The notes under the pieces: generated by a model
The model's database searches: none
What the model was told of the DNA's origin: nothing
What the model saw: only the letters and a program-made list of their open reading frames with translations
Shown: positions 20,946-29,218 of the stretch, in pieces
How positions within the stretch are numbered: position 1 is the stretch's first letter
Layout: every line of letters begins with the position of its first letter
Program-made: the position numbers and the translations under genes
DNA from: Vogesella amnigena
GTDB taxonomy: Bacteria > Pseudomonadota > Gammaproteobacteria > Burkholderiales > Chromobacteriaceae
DNA length: 64,000 bases
NCBI RefSeq assembly: GCF_042648905.1
Contig: NZ_JBHRYH010000021.1
Span: 107,657-171,656 of the forward strand
Direction of reading: 5' to 3'

Positions 20946-21728
20946 TTACTGCGCGGTCCAGCCGCCATCCACCGGCAGCGCCACGCCGGTAAGGTTGTGC
21001 GCCCACTGCCCGCACAGCATCAGCACCGCCTCGGCGATGTCCTCCGGCTGGCTCATCTGGCCGGATGGCTGCTTTTCCAGTACCAGATCGCGCAGCCCGG
21101 CGGCGCGGTCGCCACCGAACTGCGCGGCGCGCGCCATGATCTGCGGCTCGATCAGCGCGGTTTCTACCCAGCCCGGGCAGATGGCGTTGACGGTAACGCC
21201 GCTGCCGGCGGTTTCCAGCGCCGCCGCCTTGGTCAGACCGATGATGCCGAACTTGCTGGCCACGTACGGCAACTTGTTCTTCGATGCCACCAGGCCGTGC
21301 ACCGAGGCGATGTTGATCACCCGGCCCCAGCCGGCCGCCAGCATGCCCGGCAGGCACAGCTGCAGCAGGTGGAAGGCGGCGGACAGGTTCACACCGATGA
21401 TGTCGTCCCACTTCTGCGCCGGCATTTCGGTAAGCGGTGCCGCGAACTGCATGCCGGCATTGTTCACCAGCACGTCCACGCGGCCAAAGCGCGCCAGCAC
21501 CGCCTCCGCCAGCGCGCGGGTGGCCGCGCCATCACGCAGGTCCGCACTGAAATAAGCGGCGTCAGCCGCACCGGCCGTGCGCACTGCGGCCAACACCTCG
21601 GCCTGGCCGGCGGCATCCGCCAGCCCATGCAGCGCCAGCTGCCAGCCTTCGCGCGCCAGGCGGCAGGCAATCGCCAATCCGATGCCACGATCAGCACCGG
21701 TTACCAGAGCAGTACGAATTGTTGTCAT
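20946..21728 (-). CDS. 3-hydroxybutyrate dehydrogenase-like short-chain dehydrogenase/reductase (SDR)
   Basis: TGADRGIG Rossmann motif; NNAG; S...YxxxK catalytic motif (YVASKFG). [10 protein letters not shown] typical of the BdhA subgroup. Confidence 0.8.
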   Translation of the reverse strand: MTTIRTALVTGADRGIGLAIACRLAREGWQLALHGLADAAGQAEVLAAVRTAGAADAAYFSADLRDGAATRALAEAVLARFGRVDVLVNNAGMQFAAPLTEMPAQKWDDIIGVNLSAAFHLLQLCLPGMLAAGWGRVINIASVHGLVASKNKLPYVASKFGIIGLTKAAALETAGSGVTVNAICPGWVETALIEPQIMARAAQFGGDRAAGLRDLVLEKQPSGQMSQPEDIAEAVLMLCGQWAHNLTGVALPVDGGWTAQ

Positions 21729-21895
21729 CCACGTTCTCCTTTGTGCTTGTTGCCACACTTGCCGCCAAGGCATGGCCGTATTATGCGTTCCGATTTTGTA
21801 AATCCGGTTTTAAAATGCATTATGCAAGCCCATTAAAATACACCGCCACCAGCCACGCTGGCGGCCGCCCCCCAAGCCCCGAAGGATCGCCCCCC

Positions 21896-23530
21896 ATGTC
21901 CTGGCTACATCGTCTGAGTATACGCACCAAGCTGGTCTGCCTGTTTCTGGTACTGAACCTGCTGACAGCCGCCGCTTTCACCACCCATAACTACCTGCGC
22001 AGCAGCGAACAGGCGCTGGCCATCATCGACACCCGGCTGAATGCCGCTGCGCGCGCGATACCGACGCTGCTGGACGAACGCTTCCTGGCCGGCATGTTCA
22101 CTCCCGGCAGCGTCAGCCGCACGCAGATGCTGGACAACGCACGCAAGCTGGATGGCTACGCCCGCCAGTTCGGGGTGAAATACCTGTACCTGCTGACCCA
22201 GCAGGACGGCAAGGTGCTGTACCTGGCGGACGGCGCCGGCGAGGACGAACTGCGGGCCGACAAGTTCGGCCATCACCTGCAAGCCTATGAAGCCAGCCCC
22301 GGCCTGCTGGCAGCGTTTGCCGACAAGCAGCTGCACTACGACGAATACAGCGACGACTACGGTACCTTCCGCTCCATCTTCCTGCCCACTACCGTCAATG
22401 GCCAGCCGGTGGTCCTGGCCGCCGACGTGCCGCTGCAGGAAGCCCAGGCCAGCAAGCTGGCCGCACTCCGCGAATCGCTGCTGATCGGCGCCATCCTGCT
22501 GCTGCTGGGCACCGTGATTGCCTGGCTGCTGGCCAGCTGGCTGGGCAGCACCATCGCCCGCATTGCCAGCCATATCGAACGCCAGGCCCGCGACCATGAC
22601 ATGAGTGCACGCCTGAATCCGCGTGGTAATGACGAGATCGCCAGCATGGCGCGCAGTTTCAATGCTTTGTGCAGCACGGTGAACAGCACGCTGCTGGAAG
22701 TGGCCGACAACGCGCGCCATACCTTCCACAGCGCCGAGAACGTGCGCCAGAGCGCGCTGCAACTGCAGGAGGCCGCCGGCGTGGGTAGCCGGCTGCTGGC
22801 AGGCAGCCGTGAGCGCGCCGGCCATATCCAGCAACTCAGCCAGCACAGCGACGTGCTGCTGGAGCAGGTAGCCGGGCAGCTGCAGGCGGTGGCTGGTGAA
22901 CTGGGGCAGTCGCGCGGCGCGGTCGGCAACATGACCGACGGCATGGCTGGCCATGTGGCGGCCAACCGTGAGCTGGCACAACGCTTCCAGGCGCTGTCGC
23001 TGGATGTGCAGAACATCACCGGCATCATGCAGCGCATTTCCGGCATCTCCGAGCAGACCAACCTGCTGGCGCTGAATGCTGCCATCGAGGCGGCCCGTGC
23101 CGGCGAGGCTGGCCGCGGCTTTGCCGTGGTGGCAGACGAAGTGCGCAAGCTGGCCGGCCAGACGCAGAACACCCTGGCGGAAACCGATGATTTTGTCGCC
23201 AAGCTGTTGCAGACCATCCGCGACACCGCCGACATCATTGCCGGCCATGCCGACGAGGCAGAACAGCTGTCCGGCGCCTCCAGCAGCGCCCATGGCGCAC
23301 TGGAAGGCCTGCGCCACCTGCTGGAAGGCCTGCAGCAACGTTTTGGCGAAGTACTGGCTGCCGGGCGCACCATTCATTCTGATATTCGCGCCATGCACCA
23401 GGACATTGCCGCCATCGACGAGCAAGTGCTGCGCCAGCACGAGGAAGCCGACCGGCTGTCGGCGGAAGCCGTGGGGCTGGAAGACACCTCCCGGCTACTG
23501 AACCAGTCGCTTACCCGCTTCAGACTATAA
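21896..23530 (+). CDS. methyl-accepting chemotaxis protein (MCP) with a periplasmic sensor between two TM helices plus a HAMP domain
   Basis: Canonical MCP tip [35 protein letters not shown] at 21896; the track ORF begins at an upstream TTG. Confidence 0.9.
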   Translation: MSWLHRLSIRTKLVCLFLVLNLLTAAAFTTHNYLRSSEQALAIIDTRLNAAARAIPTLLDERFLAGMFTPGSVSRTQMLDNARKLDGYARQFGVKYLYLLTQQDGKVLYLADGAGEDELRADKFGHHLQAYEASPGLLAAFADKQLHYDEYSDDYGTFRSIFLPTTVNGQPVVLAADVPLQEAQASKLAALRESLLIGAILLLLGTVIAWLLASWLGSTIARIASHIERQARDHDMSARLNPRGNDEIASMARSFNALCSTVNSTLLEVADNARHTFHSAENVRQSALQLQEAAGVGSRLLAGSRERAGHIQQLSQHSDVLLEQVAGQLQAVAGELGQSRGAVGNMTDGMAGHVAANRELAQRFQALSLDVQNITGIMQRISGISEQTNLLALNAAIEAARAGEAGRGFAVVADEVRKLAGQTQNTLAETDDFVAKLLQTIRDTADIIAGHADEAEQLSGASSSAHGALEGLRHLLEGLQQRFGEVLAAGRTIHSDIRAMHQDIAAIDEQVLRQHEEADRLSAEAVGLEDTSRLLNQSLTRFRL

Positions 23531-23552
23531 TCGGCAGGAGCCCCCTGCCGGA

Positions 23553-24299
23553 ATGCCGTTCATGCTGCTGCGTTTATTACTGGTCTGCCATCTGCTGCTT
23601 GCCGGATTTGCCACAGCAGCCACCCTGCGGCTGGCGGTCGGGCTGCCCAAGCCGCCCTATGTGGAAGCCGGCGGCAAGAGCGGCATGGAATCGGAGCTGG
23701 CCATTCGCACCCTGCAGCTGGCCGGGCATGCCGTGGTAGTGGTGCAGGTGCCGCAGGCGCGTGGCCTGGCCATGCTGCGCGAAGGCAGCGTGGAAGCGAT
23801 GATCACGCTGATTCCCGGTGCCAGCAGCGGGCTGTATTACTCGCAGCCGCTGCTGTACTACCGCAACCGCGCCATCGTGCTGCAGCAAAGCGGCATCGTG
23901 CTGCGCCAGATTACCGACCTGTCGCGCTACAGCGTGGCCAGCTTCCAGAACGCGCGGCTACTGTTCGGCAACGACTACACCCGCGCCGTGGAGTCGGCCC
24001 CCAGCTACAGCGAGCATGCCGATCAGGACACCCTGAACCGCCTGCTGCTGAACCATCGCGCCGACGTGGTAATCAGCGATGAATTCATCTTCCATGCCAA
24101 CCAGACACAGCAGGACCTGCAGGGGCGGCGGCCAGCGGTAAGCAGCTATGCGCTGTTCGGCAACTCGCCCCGCCATGTCGGCTTTCGCAGCGACCTGCGC
24201 CGGCGGGAATTCGATACCGCCCTGCTGAAACTGAAAGCCAGCGGCGAATACCAGCGCATCGTGCAGCGCTACCGCGACAAGTACCAGCTGCCGGAGTGA
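23553..24299 (+). CDS. periplasmic solute-binding protein, family 3 (amino-acid-ABC-type SBP fold, orphan)
   Basis: Signal peptide. SBP_bac_3-like length and pattern. No permease or ATPase nearby; lies directly after the MCP gene. Confidence 0.7.
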   Translation: MPFMLLRLLLVCHLLLAGFATAATLRLAVGLPKPPYVEAGGKSGMESELAIRTLQLAGHAVVVVQVPQARGLAMLREGSVEAMITLIPGASSGLYYSQPLLYYRNRAIVLQQSGIVLRQITDLSRYSVASFQNARLLFGNDYTRAVESAPSYSEHADQDTLNRLLLNHRADVVISDEFIFHANQTQQDLQGRRPAVSSYALFGNSPRHVGFRSDLRRREFDTALLKLKASGEYQRIVQRYRDKYQLPE

Positions 24300-24306
24300 G
24301 CCGGCC

Positions 24307-24331
24307 ATGCGGCCAACGTTGGCCGCAAGCC
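24307..24331. repeat. REP-like palindrome CATGCGGCCAACGTTGGCCGCAAG
   Basis: Perfect family member. Intergenic. Confidence 0.7.
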
Positions 24332-24449
24332 GCACGAAATCGTAGGGCGGATGCCCCGCAGGGGCGATCCGCCCTCAACCACGCAGATGGGACACATCTC
24401 GGCGGAACGCCCGGTAGTACCGGGCTTCCGCCCTACCAATGTGAGTGAC

Positions 24450-25232
24450 TCAGCCCTTCTTGCGCCGCTTGCCGGCCAGATCCTCCAGCACGCGGCCGGC
24501 GGCAAACAGGCCGAAGCTGGCAGTCACCACCATGCTGGCGCCAAAGCCGGCACAGGACAGCCCCTGCGGGCCGCGCACCTCGCCCACCTCGCAGGCTTCC
24601 GCCTGCGGGTACACCAGCTGCTCGGTGGAGTACACGCAGCTCACCCCCATTTTCTTGCCTGGCTCGCGGGCAAAGCCGTGGTGGCGGCGCAGGTTGTAGC
24701 GCAGCTTGGACAGCAGCGGGTCGTCGGTTACCGCGCTCAAGTCGGCAATGGCGATGCGCGACGGGTCCATCTGCCCGCCGGCGCCGCCGGATACGATCAG
24801 CTTCTGGCGGCGGCGCACGCACCAGGCGGCAATCGCCGTCTTCACCCGCAGGCTGTCAATGCAGTCGATGATGTAGTCGAAGCCCTGCCCCAGCATGGCA
24901 GCCAGGTTTTCTTCGGTAACGAAGTCTTCCACCTCGGTAACCACGCAGGCCGGGTTGATGGCACGCACGCGCTCGGCCAGCGCGGTGACCTTGGCCATGC
25001 CGAAGTTCGGGTCCAGCGCCGGCAGCTGGCGATTGGTGTTGGATTCGGCGATGTTGTCCAGATCGATCAGCGTCAGCCGGCCGATGCCGCTGCGCGCCAG
25101 TGCCTCCACCGCCCAGCTGCCTACCCCGCCCACGCCGATGATGCAAACGTTGGCCGCAGCAAAACGCTGCAGCGCTTCATCGCCGTACAGGCGGGCAATA
25201 CCGCCGAAACGGCGCTGCAAATCGGCTTCCAT
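24450..25232 (-). CDS. tcdA: tRNA threonylcarbamoyladenosine dehydratase (ThiF/MoeB-like E1 fold)
   Basis: Colinear with E. coli TcdA/CsdL (RFGGIARLYG ... IIGVGGVGSW ... TNRQ ... SGGAGGQ). Start trimmed to MEADLQRRFGG. Confidence 0.85.
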   Translation of the reverse strand: MEADLQRRFGGIARLYGDEALQRFAAANVCIIGVGGVGSWAVEALARSGIGRLTLIDLDNIAESNTNRQLPALDPNFGMAKVTALAERVRAINPACVVTEVEDFVTEENLAAMLGQGFDYIIDCIDSLRVKTAIAAWCVRRRQKLIVSGGAGGQMDPSRIAIADLSAVTDDPLLSKLRYNLRRHHGFAREPGKKMGVSCVYSTEQLVYPQAEACEVGEVRGPQGLSCAGFGASMVVTASFGLFAAGRVLEDLAGKRRKKG

Positions 25233-25421
25233 GCCATGCTCCCACTGCAAAAACGGCCAAGCATAACCAAGCACGGCCACAATCTCCAGCCACAATGCCC
25301 CGCACGCCAGACGCATGCACACTTGAGCCTCGTCATGCCAGCGGCGCAAGAAGGCAGGCAAGCGGGGTAGTGGTTTGCTAGACTGCCGAACACGGCATGC
25401 CGCCATCAGGAGACCCCCGGA

Positions 25422-26030
25422 GTGAGCACACAGGCCCTGCAACATTCCTCTTCGCTACAGCTGGCCAGCTTCGTGCGCCTGAACGAAGGCATCAAGGGCG
25501 TGGTATTGATCGCCTTCCAGATCAACATCATGGCGCTGAACGCCATTCTGCTGTCGCATCGCGCCGGTGAAGTGGCGCTGGGTTTCGGGGTGATTTCCAA
25601 GGAACTGCGCACACTGTCGGTGGAGCTCACCAGACTGATGCAGGCCTTGTCCACCGATGCCTACCTGGCAGTAAACCTGATTTCCGACCAGCTGCGCCGC
25701 GAGCGCCGCCAGCAGCTGCTGCAGACCACCCAGACACAGTTGCAACGCCCGTCTGCCGCGCTGGATGCCATTGTTGCCGAGCGCAAGACTCTGTTCCTCG
25801 CCCGCGCACAGCAGGTACGCGAGGTGCGCCTGCGCCTGCTGGACCAGCTGGAAGAGGCGCGCAAACTGTGCCAGTTCGGTACCGCCATTTCCCGCTCCGC
25901 CAAAATCGAGGCAGCCTACGGCCGCGAATATGGCCGGGCGCTGGCCGAAGTCAGCCAGGAATTCGATCAGAAAATCCAGACTATCCTGCCGTCCATCGAA
26001 ACGCTGTGCGCCGGAATGCAAAGACTATGA
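25422..26030 (+). CDS. soluble 202-aa protein retaining only the MCP hairpin-tip signalling motif near its N-terminus, followed by a long coiled coil (mini-MCP / chemoreceptor tip mimic)
   Basis: GTG start 8 nt after AGGAGA. Tip motif INIMALNAILLSHRAGEVALGFGVISKELR, compare the consensus [29 protein letters not shown]. No TM, HAMP or sensor domain. Its stop overlaps the next start (ATGA). Confidence 0.6.
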   Translation: MSTQALQHSSSLQLASFVRLNEGIKGVVLIAFQINIMALNAILLSHRAGEVALGFGVISKELRTLSVELTRLMQALSTDAYLAVNLISDQLRRERRQQLLQTTQTQLQRPSAALDAIVAERKTLFLARAQQVREVRLRLLDQLEEARKLCQFGTAISRSAKIEAAYGREYGRALAEVSQEFDQKIQTILPSIETLCAGMQRL

Positions 26031-26785
26031 AAACCGCAACCACCATTTACCAGGAAGGCAACCACCGCTGGGTGGTCATCGCCCGCGACCCGGCCAAGCC
26101 CGGTTTCGTGATCGACACCAACGAGTACCTGATCAGCCGCGACGGCGACAACCTGCTGACCGACCCGGGCGGCAGCGAGATCTTCCCGGCGGTATTCGCC
26201 GCGCTGTCCACCGTTACCGACCCGATGAGCATCAACAGCCTGTTCGCCTCGCACCAGGACCCGGACATCATCTCCTCGCTGGGGCTGTGGCTGGACTGCA
26301 ACCCAAAAATCCGCTGCCACGTCAGCCGGCTGTGGAGCAGCTTCATCCCGCACTTCGGCGGTGACGACCACTCGCTGCAGGCGATACCGGACGAGGGCCA
26401 GCATATCGCGCTGGGCCTGGGGCAGCTGCACACCATCCCGGCGCACTACCTGCACTCTTCCGGCAACCTGCACCTGTATGACCCGGATGCACGCATCCTG
26501 TTTTCCGGCGACGTGGGCGCGGCGCTGCTGCCGGAAGACGAAGACGCGCTGTTCGTGCGCAATTTCGACCAGCACATCCGCCACGCCGAAGGCTTCCACC
26601 GCCGCTGGATGGGCTCCACCGAAGCCAAGCTGGACTGGTGCGAACGCGCCGCGCGCATGAAGATCGACATGCTGTGCCCGCAGCACGGCGCCATCTACCA
26701 GGGCGATGACGTGATGCGCTTCATCAACTGGTTTGCCGAACTGCCGATTGGCCTGTCCACCTTCCGCCATCGCGGCACGCTGTAA
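26027..26785 (+). CDS. single-domain metallo-beta-lactamase (MBL)-fold protein (about 252 aa) with a non-canonical metal motif
   Basis: MBL-fold length and layout. SHQDPD sits where HxHxDH is expected, plus downstream His/Asp (HYLHSSG, FSGD, CPQHG). Translationally coupled to the mini-MCP gene. Confidence 0.75.
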   Translation: MKTATTIYQEGNHRWVVIARDPAKPGFVIDTNEYLISRDGDNLLTDPGGSEIFPAVFAALSTVTDPMSINSLFASHQDPDIISSLGLWLDCNPKIRCHVSRLWSSFIPHFGGDDHSLQAIPDEGQHIALGLGQLHTIPAHYLHSSGNLHLYDPDARILFSGDVGAALLPEDEDALFVRNFDQHIRHAEGFHRRWMGSTEAKLDWCERAARMKIDMLCPQHGAIYQGDDVMRFINWFAELPIGLSTFRHRGTL

Positions 26786-27039
26786 GCGACTGTATTACTT
26801 GCAATAACCCGCTCATCTTCTAGGCTGAATACACCTCCGTGAACGGAGGTGTGAGGGTGTTAACAAAGTCATTTTGCACCGAAAAATGGCTTTGTTTTGC
26901 AATCAGGAAGGCTGCCGACTCAAGCCCATAGCTGGAGCGGCCCGGCTTTGCCGGGTCCGGTAGGGCGTAAACAGGTAGTTTCTCAGCAGCCTGGCACCTC
27001 CCATGTGGAGGTGTTTGTTTCATTACAGGAGATGTACCG
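26786..27039 (+). other. structured non-coding region with four hairpins, including two near-identical CACCTCC/GGAGGTG (anti-SD/SD) stem-loops
   Basis: Hairpin 26831-26852 (ACACCTCCG-TGAA-CGGAGGTGT). Hairpin 26862-26895 (14-bp AT-rich stem + TTTTG). Hairpin 26938-26955 (GCCCGGC-TTT-GCCGGGTC). Hairpin 26995-27014 (CACCTCC-CATG-GGAGGTG). No ORF with coding-like codon usage. Confidence 0.35.
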
Positions 27040-27264
27040 ATGATGAAGTCACCGCGTTTCGATATCGACCTGGACAAGCACTACAACGCCACCGTGGTTA
27101 TCGCCTGCGACTGCGGGCATGAAGTTCGCCACCACCTGGCCAGCCTGCACCCCGACAAGCCGCTGCGCTGCCATTGCGGCGCCGACATCAGCATGCCCGC
27201 CGCCGCGCTGGATCTCGCCCAGCGCCGCACCGAAGCCCTGAAGGCCTCCTATCGCGTGCACTGA
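27040..27264 (+). CDS. small (74 aa) putative zinc-ribbon protein (CxC-N21-CxC)
   Basis: ATG ATG start 11 nt after AGGAG. High GC3. ACDCGHEVRHH...RCHCGAD cysteine pairs. Own terminator about 100 nt downstream. Confidence 0.5.
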   Translation: MMKSPRFDIDLDKHYNATVVIACDCGHEVRHHLASLHPDKPLRCHCGADISMPAAALDLAQRRTEALKASYRVH

Positions 27265-27371
27265 ACCGCATTCATTGCATACCGGCAAAAACTGACTGTT
27301 CTGCCGCACAACTATGCACCCGTCGATGCGACGGGCAAAATCGGGTGACCCCGATTACCAATAGCCAGCAC

Positions 27372-27396
27372 GGCGACCCGAGGGTCGCCGTTTTTG
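27372..27396 (+). terminator. Rho-independent terminator (GGCGACC-CGAG-GGTCGCC + TTTTT), preceded by two other 7-bp hairpins
   Basis: Perfect GC stem and T5 tract 20 nt upstream of the ltaE start. The additional hairpins CCCGTCG-ATG-CGACGGG and AATCGGG-TGAC-CCCGATT suggest a possible attenuator. Confidence 0.6.
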
Positions 27397-27418
27397 CTGC
27401 CCAGGCACAGAGGCTCTC

Positions 27419-28447
27419 ATGCACCATATCGACGTACGCAGCGACACCGTTACCCAGCCCACCATGGCCATGCGCCAGGCCATGTTCGACGCCGTGGTCG
27501 GCGATGACGTCTACGGCGACGACCCCACCGTACGCGAGCTGGAAACGTTGGCCGCAAGCATCCTCGGCAAGGAAGCCGCACTGTTCGTACCCAGCGGCAA
27601 CTTCGGCAACCAGCTGGCGCTGTACACCCACTGCCAGCGCGGTGACGAGGTGATCCTGGGCGACGACTGCCACATCGTATGGCACGAAACCGGCGGCGCG
27701 GCGGTGATTGCCGGCGTGCAGCTGCGTACCATCGCCAGCGCCGACGGCGTGCTGCGCGCCGACGAGGTGAAAAAGCGCATCCGCGACGGCGAAGACATCC
27801 ACTGGCCGCGCACCGGGCTGATCTGCCTGGAAAACGCGCACAGCAATGGCCGGGTGATTCCGCTGGACGCCATGCAGGCGGTATGGGAAGTGGCGCAGCA
27901 GCATGGCGTGCCGGTGCATCTGGACGGCGCCCGCGTGTTCAACGCCGCCGTGCACCTGGGCTGCGACGTACGCGACATCACCCGCTACAGCGACACCGTG
28001 ATGTGCTGCCTGTCCAAGGGCCTGGCCGCGCCGGTGGGCTCCATCCTGGCCGGCCCGGCCGCCTTCATCGCCCGCGCCCGCAAACACCGCAAGCTGCTGG
28101 GCGGCGGCCTGCGCCAGGCTGGCGTGCTGGCCGCACCCGGCATCCTGGCACTGACCGAGATGGTGGACCGCCTGCCACAGGACCACGCCAACGCCCGCTA
28201 CCTGGCGGAGCAGCTGGCCGCCCTGCCCGGTGTACAGGTAAACCTCGACAATGTGCACATCAACATGGTGTGGTTCCAGCTGCCGGCCTCGCTGGATGGC
28301 AGCAAGCTGATGGCGGCACTGGCGGCCGCCGGCATCAAGGCCAACGGGCCGGAAGGCGGGCTGATGCGCCTGGTGACGCACTGGCAGATCGGCCGTGACG
28401 ACATCGACCGCATCGTGGCGGTGTTCGCCAGCGTGTTGGCCGCATGA
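27419..28447 (+). CDS. ltaE: low-specificity L-threonine aldolase (PLP-dependent)
   Basis: 342 aa. Beta-eliminating-lyase/threonine aldolase pattern (DDVYGDDPTV ... LSKGL PLP-lysine region). Confidence 0.85.
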   Translation: MHHIDVRSDTVTQPTMAMRQAMFDAVVGDDVYGDDPTVRELETLAASILGKEAALFVPSGNFGNQLALYTHCQRGDEVILGDDCHIVWHETGGAAVIAGVQLRTIASADGVLRADEVKKRIRDGEDIHWPRTGLICLENAHSNGRVIPLDAMQAVWEVAQQHGVPVHLDGARVFNAAVHLGCDVRDITRYSDTVMCCLSKGLAAPVGSILAGPAAFIARARKHRKLLGGGLRQAGVLAAPGILALTEMVDRLPQDHANARYLAEQLAALPGVQVNLDNVHINMVWFQLPASLDGSKLMAALAAAGIKANGPEGGLMRLVTHWQIGRDDIDRIVAVFASVLAA

Positions 28448-29202
28448 CACTGGGCATCGCACTGGCGCTGTTTGCCGCCGCCTTCGCCGCCGGTGCGCTC
28501 AACGCGGTGGCCGGTGGCGGCACGCTGATCACCTTCCCGGCGCTGGTGGCCGCCGGCCTGCCACCGATAGTCGCCAATGCCACCAGCTCGGTATCGCAAT
28601 GGCCGGGCTATGTCGCCAGCAGCCTGACCTTCCGCCGCGAGCTCGTCGGTCAGCAGACCCTGCCCGCCATGAGCCTGGCCAGCCTGGCCGGCGGCCTCAT
28701 CGGCGGCTGGCTGGTCACCGTGGTATCCCCCCGGCTGTTCGATGTGCTGATTCCATGGCTGATCCTGCTGGCCACCGTGATGTTCGCCGCCAGCAGCCAG
28801 CTCACCCGCTGGCTGGGCCGCCATGCCGCCGCAGTACAGGGCAGCCGCGCCGGCCTGCTGGCCGGGCAACTGCTGGTAGCCATCTACGGCGGCTTTTTCG
28901 GTGGCGGCATGGGCATCATGATGCTGGCGCTGTACAGCCTGTTCGCGCTGGATACGCTGACGCGCATGAACGCGCTGAAAACCTGGCTGTCGGTACTGAT
29001 CTCCGGTGTGGCCGTGCTGGCCTTCATCGTGGCCGGCATCGTGGACTGGCCAGCGGCGCTGGTGATGCTGGCCGGCACCATCAGCGGCGGCGTGGCCGGC
29101 GCCCGCCTGGCGCGCCGCCTGCCGGCGCTCTGGCTCAAGCGCATGGTGGTGGCGCTGGGCAGCGTGCTGACGCTGGCGTTTTTCTGGAAAGTGTATGGCT
29201 AG
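28444..29202 (+). CDS. TauE/SafE-family sulfite/anion exporter (membrane)
   Basis: Two TauE repeats (GGGTLITFPAL... / GGFFGGGMGIMM...). ATGA overlap with ltaE. Confidence 0.85.
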   Translation: MTLGIALALFAAAFAAGALNAVAGGGTLITFPALVAAGLPPIVANATSSVSQWPGYVASSLTFRRELVGQQTLPAMSLASLAGGLIGGWLVTVVSPRLFDVLIPWLILLATVMFAASSQLTRWLGRHAAAVQGSRAGLLAGQLLVAIYGGFFGGGMGIMMLALYSLFALDTLTRMNALKTWLSVLISGVAVLAFIVAGIVDWPAALVMLAGTISGGVAGARLARRLPALWLKRMVVALGSVLTLAFFWKVYG

Positions 29203-29218
29203 GGCCGCCGGGCGTGGC

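Noticed and set aside
26786-27039. Known ncRNA families (SRP/4.5S, 6S, tmRNA, RNase P RNA; c-di-GMP, ZTP, glycine, guanidine-I/II/III, fluoride and glutamine riboswitches) for the structured region before the zinc-ribbon ORF
   Set aside because: I compared it by eye with the remembered consensus cores of these families. None of the diagnostic conserved motifs is present. A covariance-model scan is still needed.
27545-27560. REP half-site (AACGTTGGCCGCAAGC) inside ltaE
   Set aside because: A single half-palindrome that encodes conserved residues (ETLAASIL) of the enzyme. Most likely a chance match in GC-rich coding sequence.
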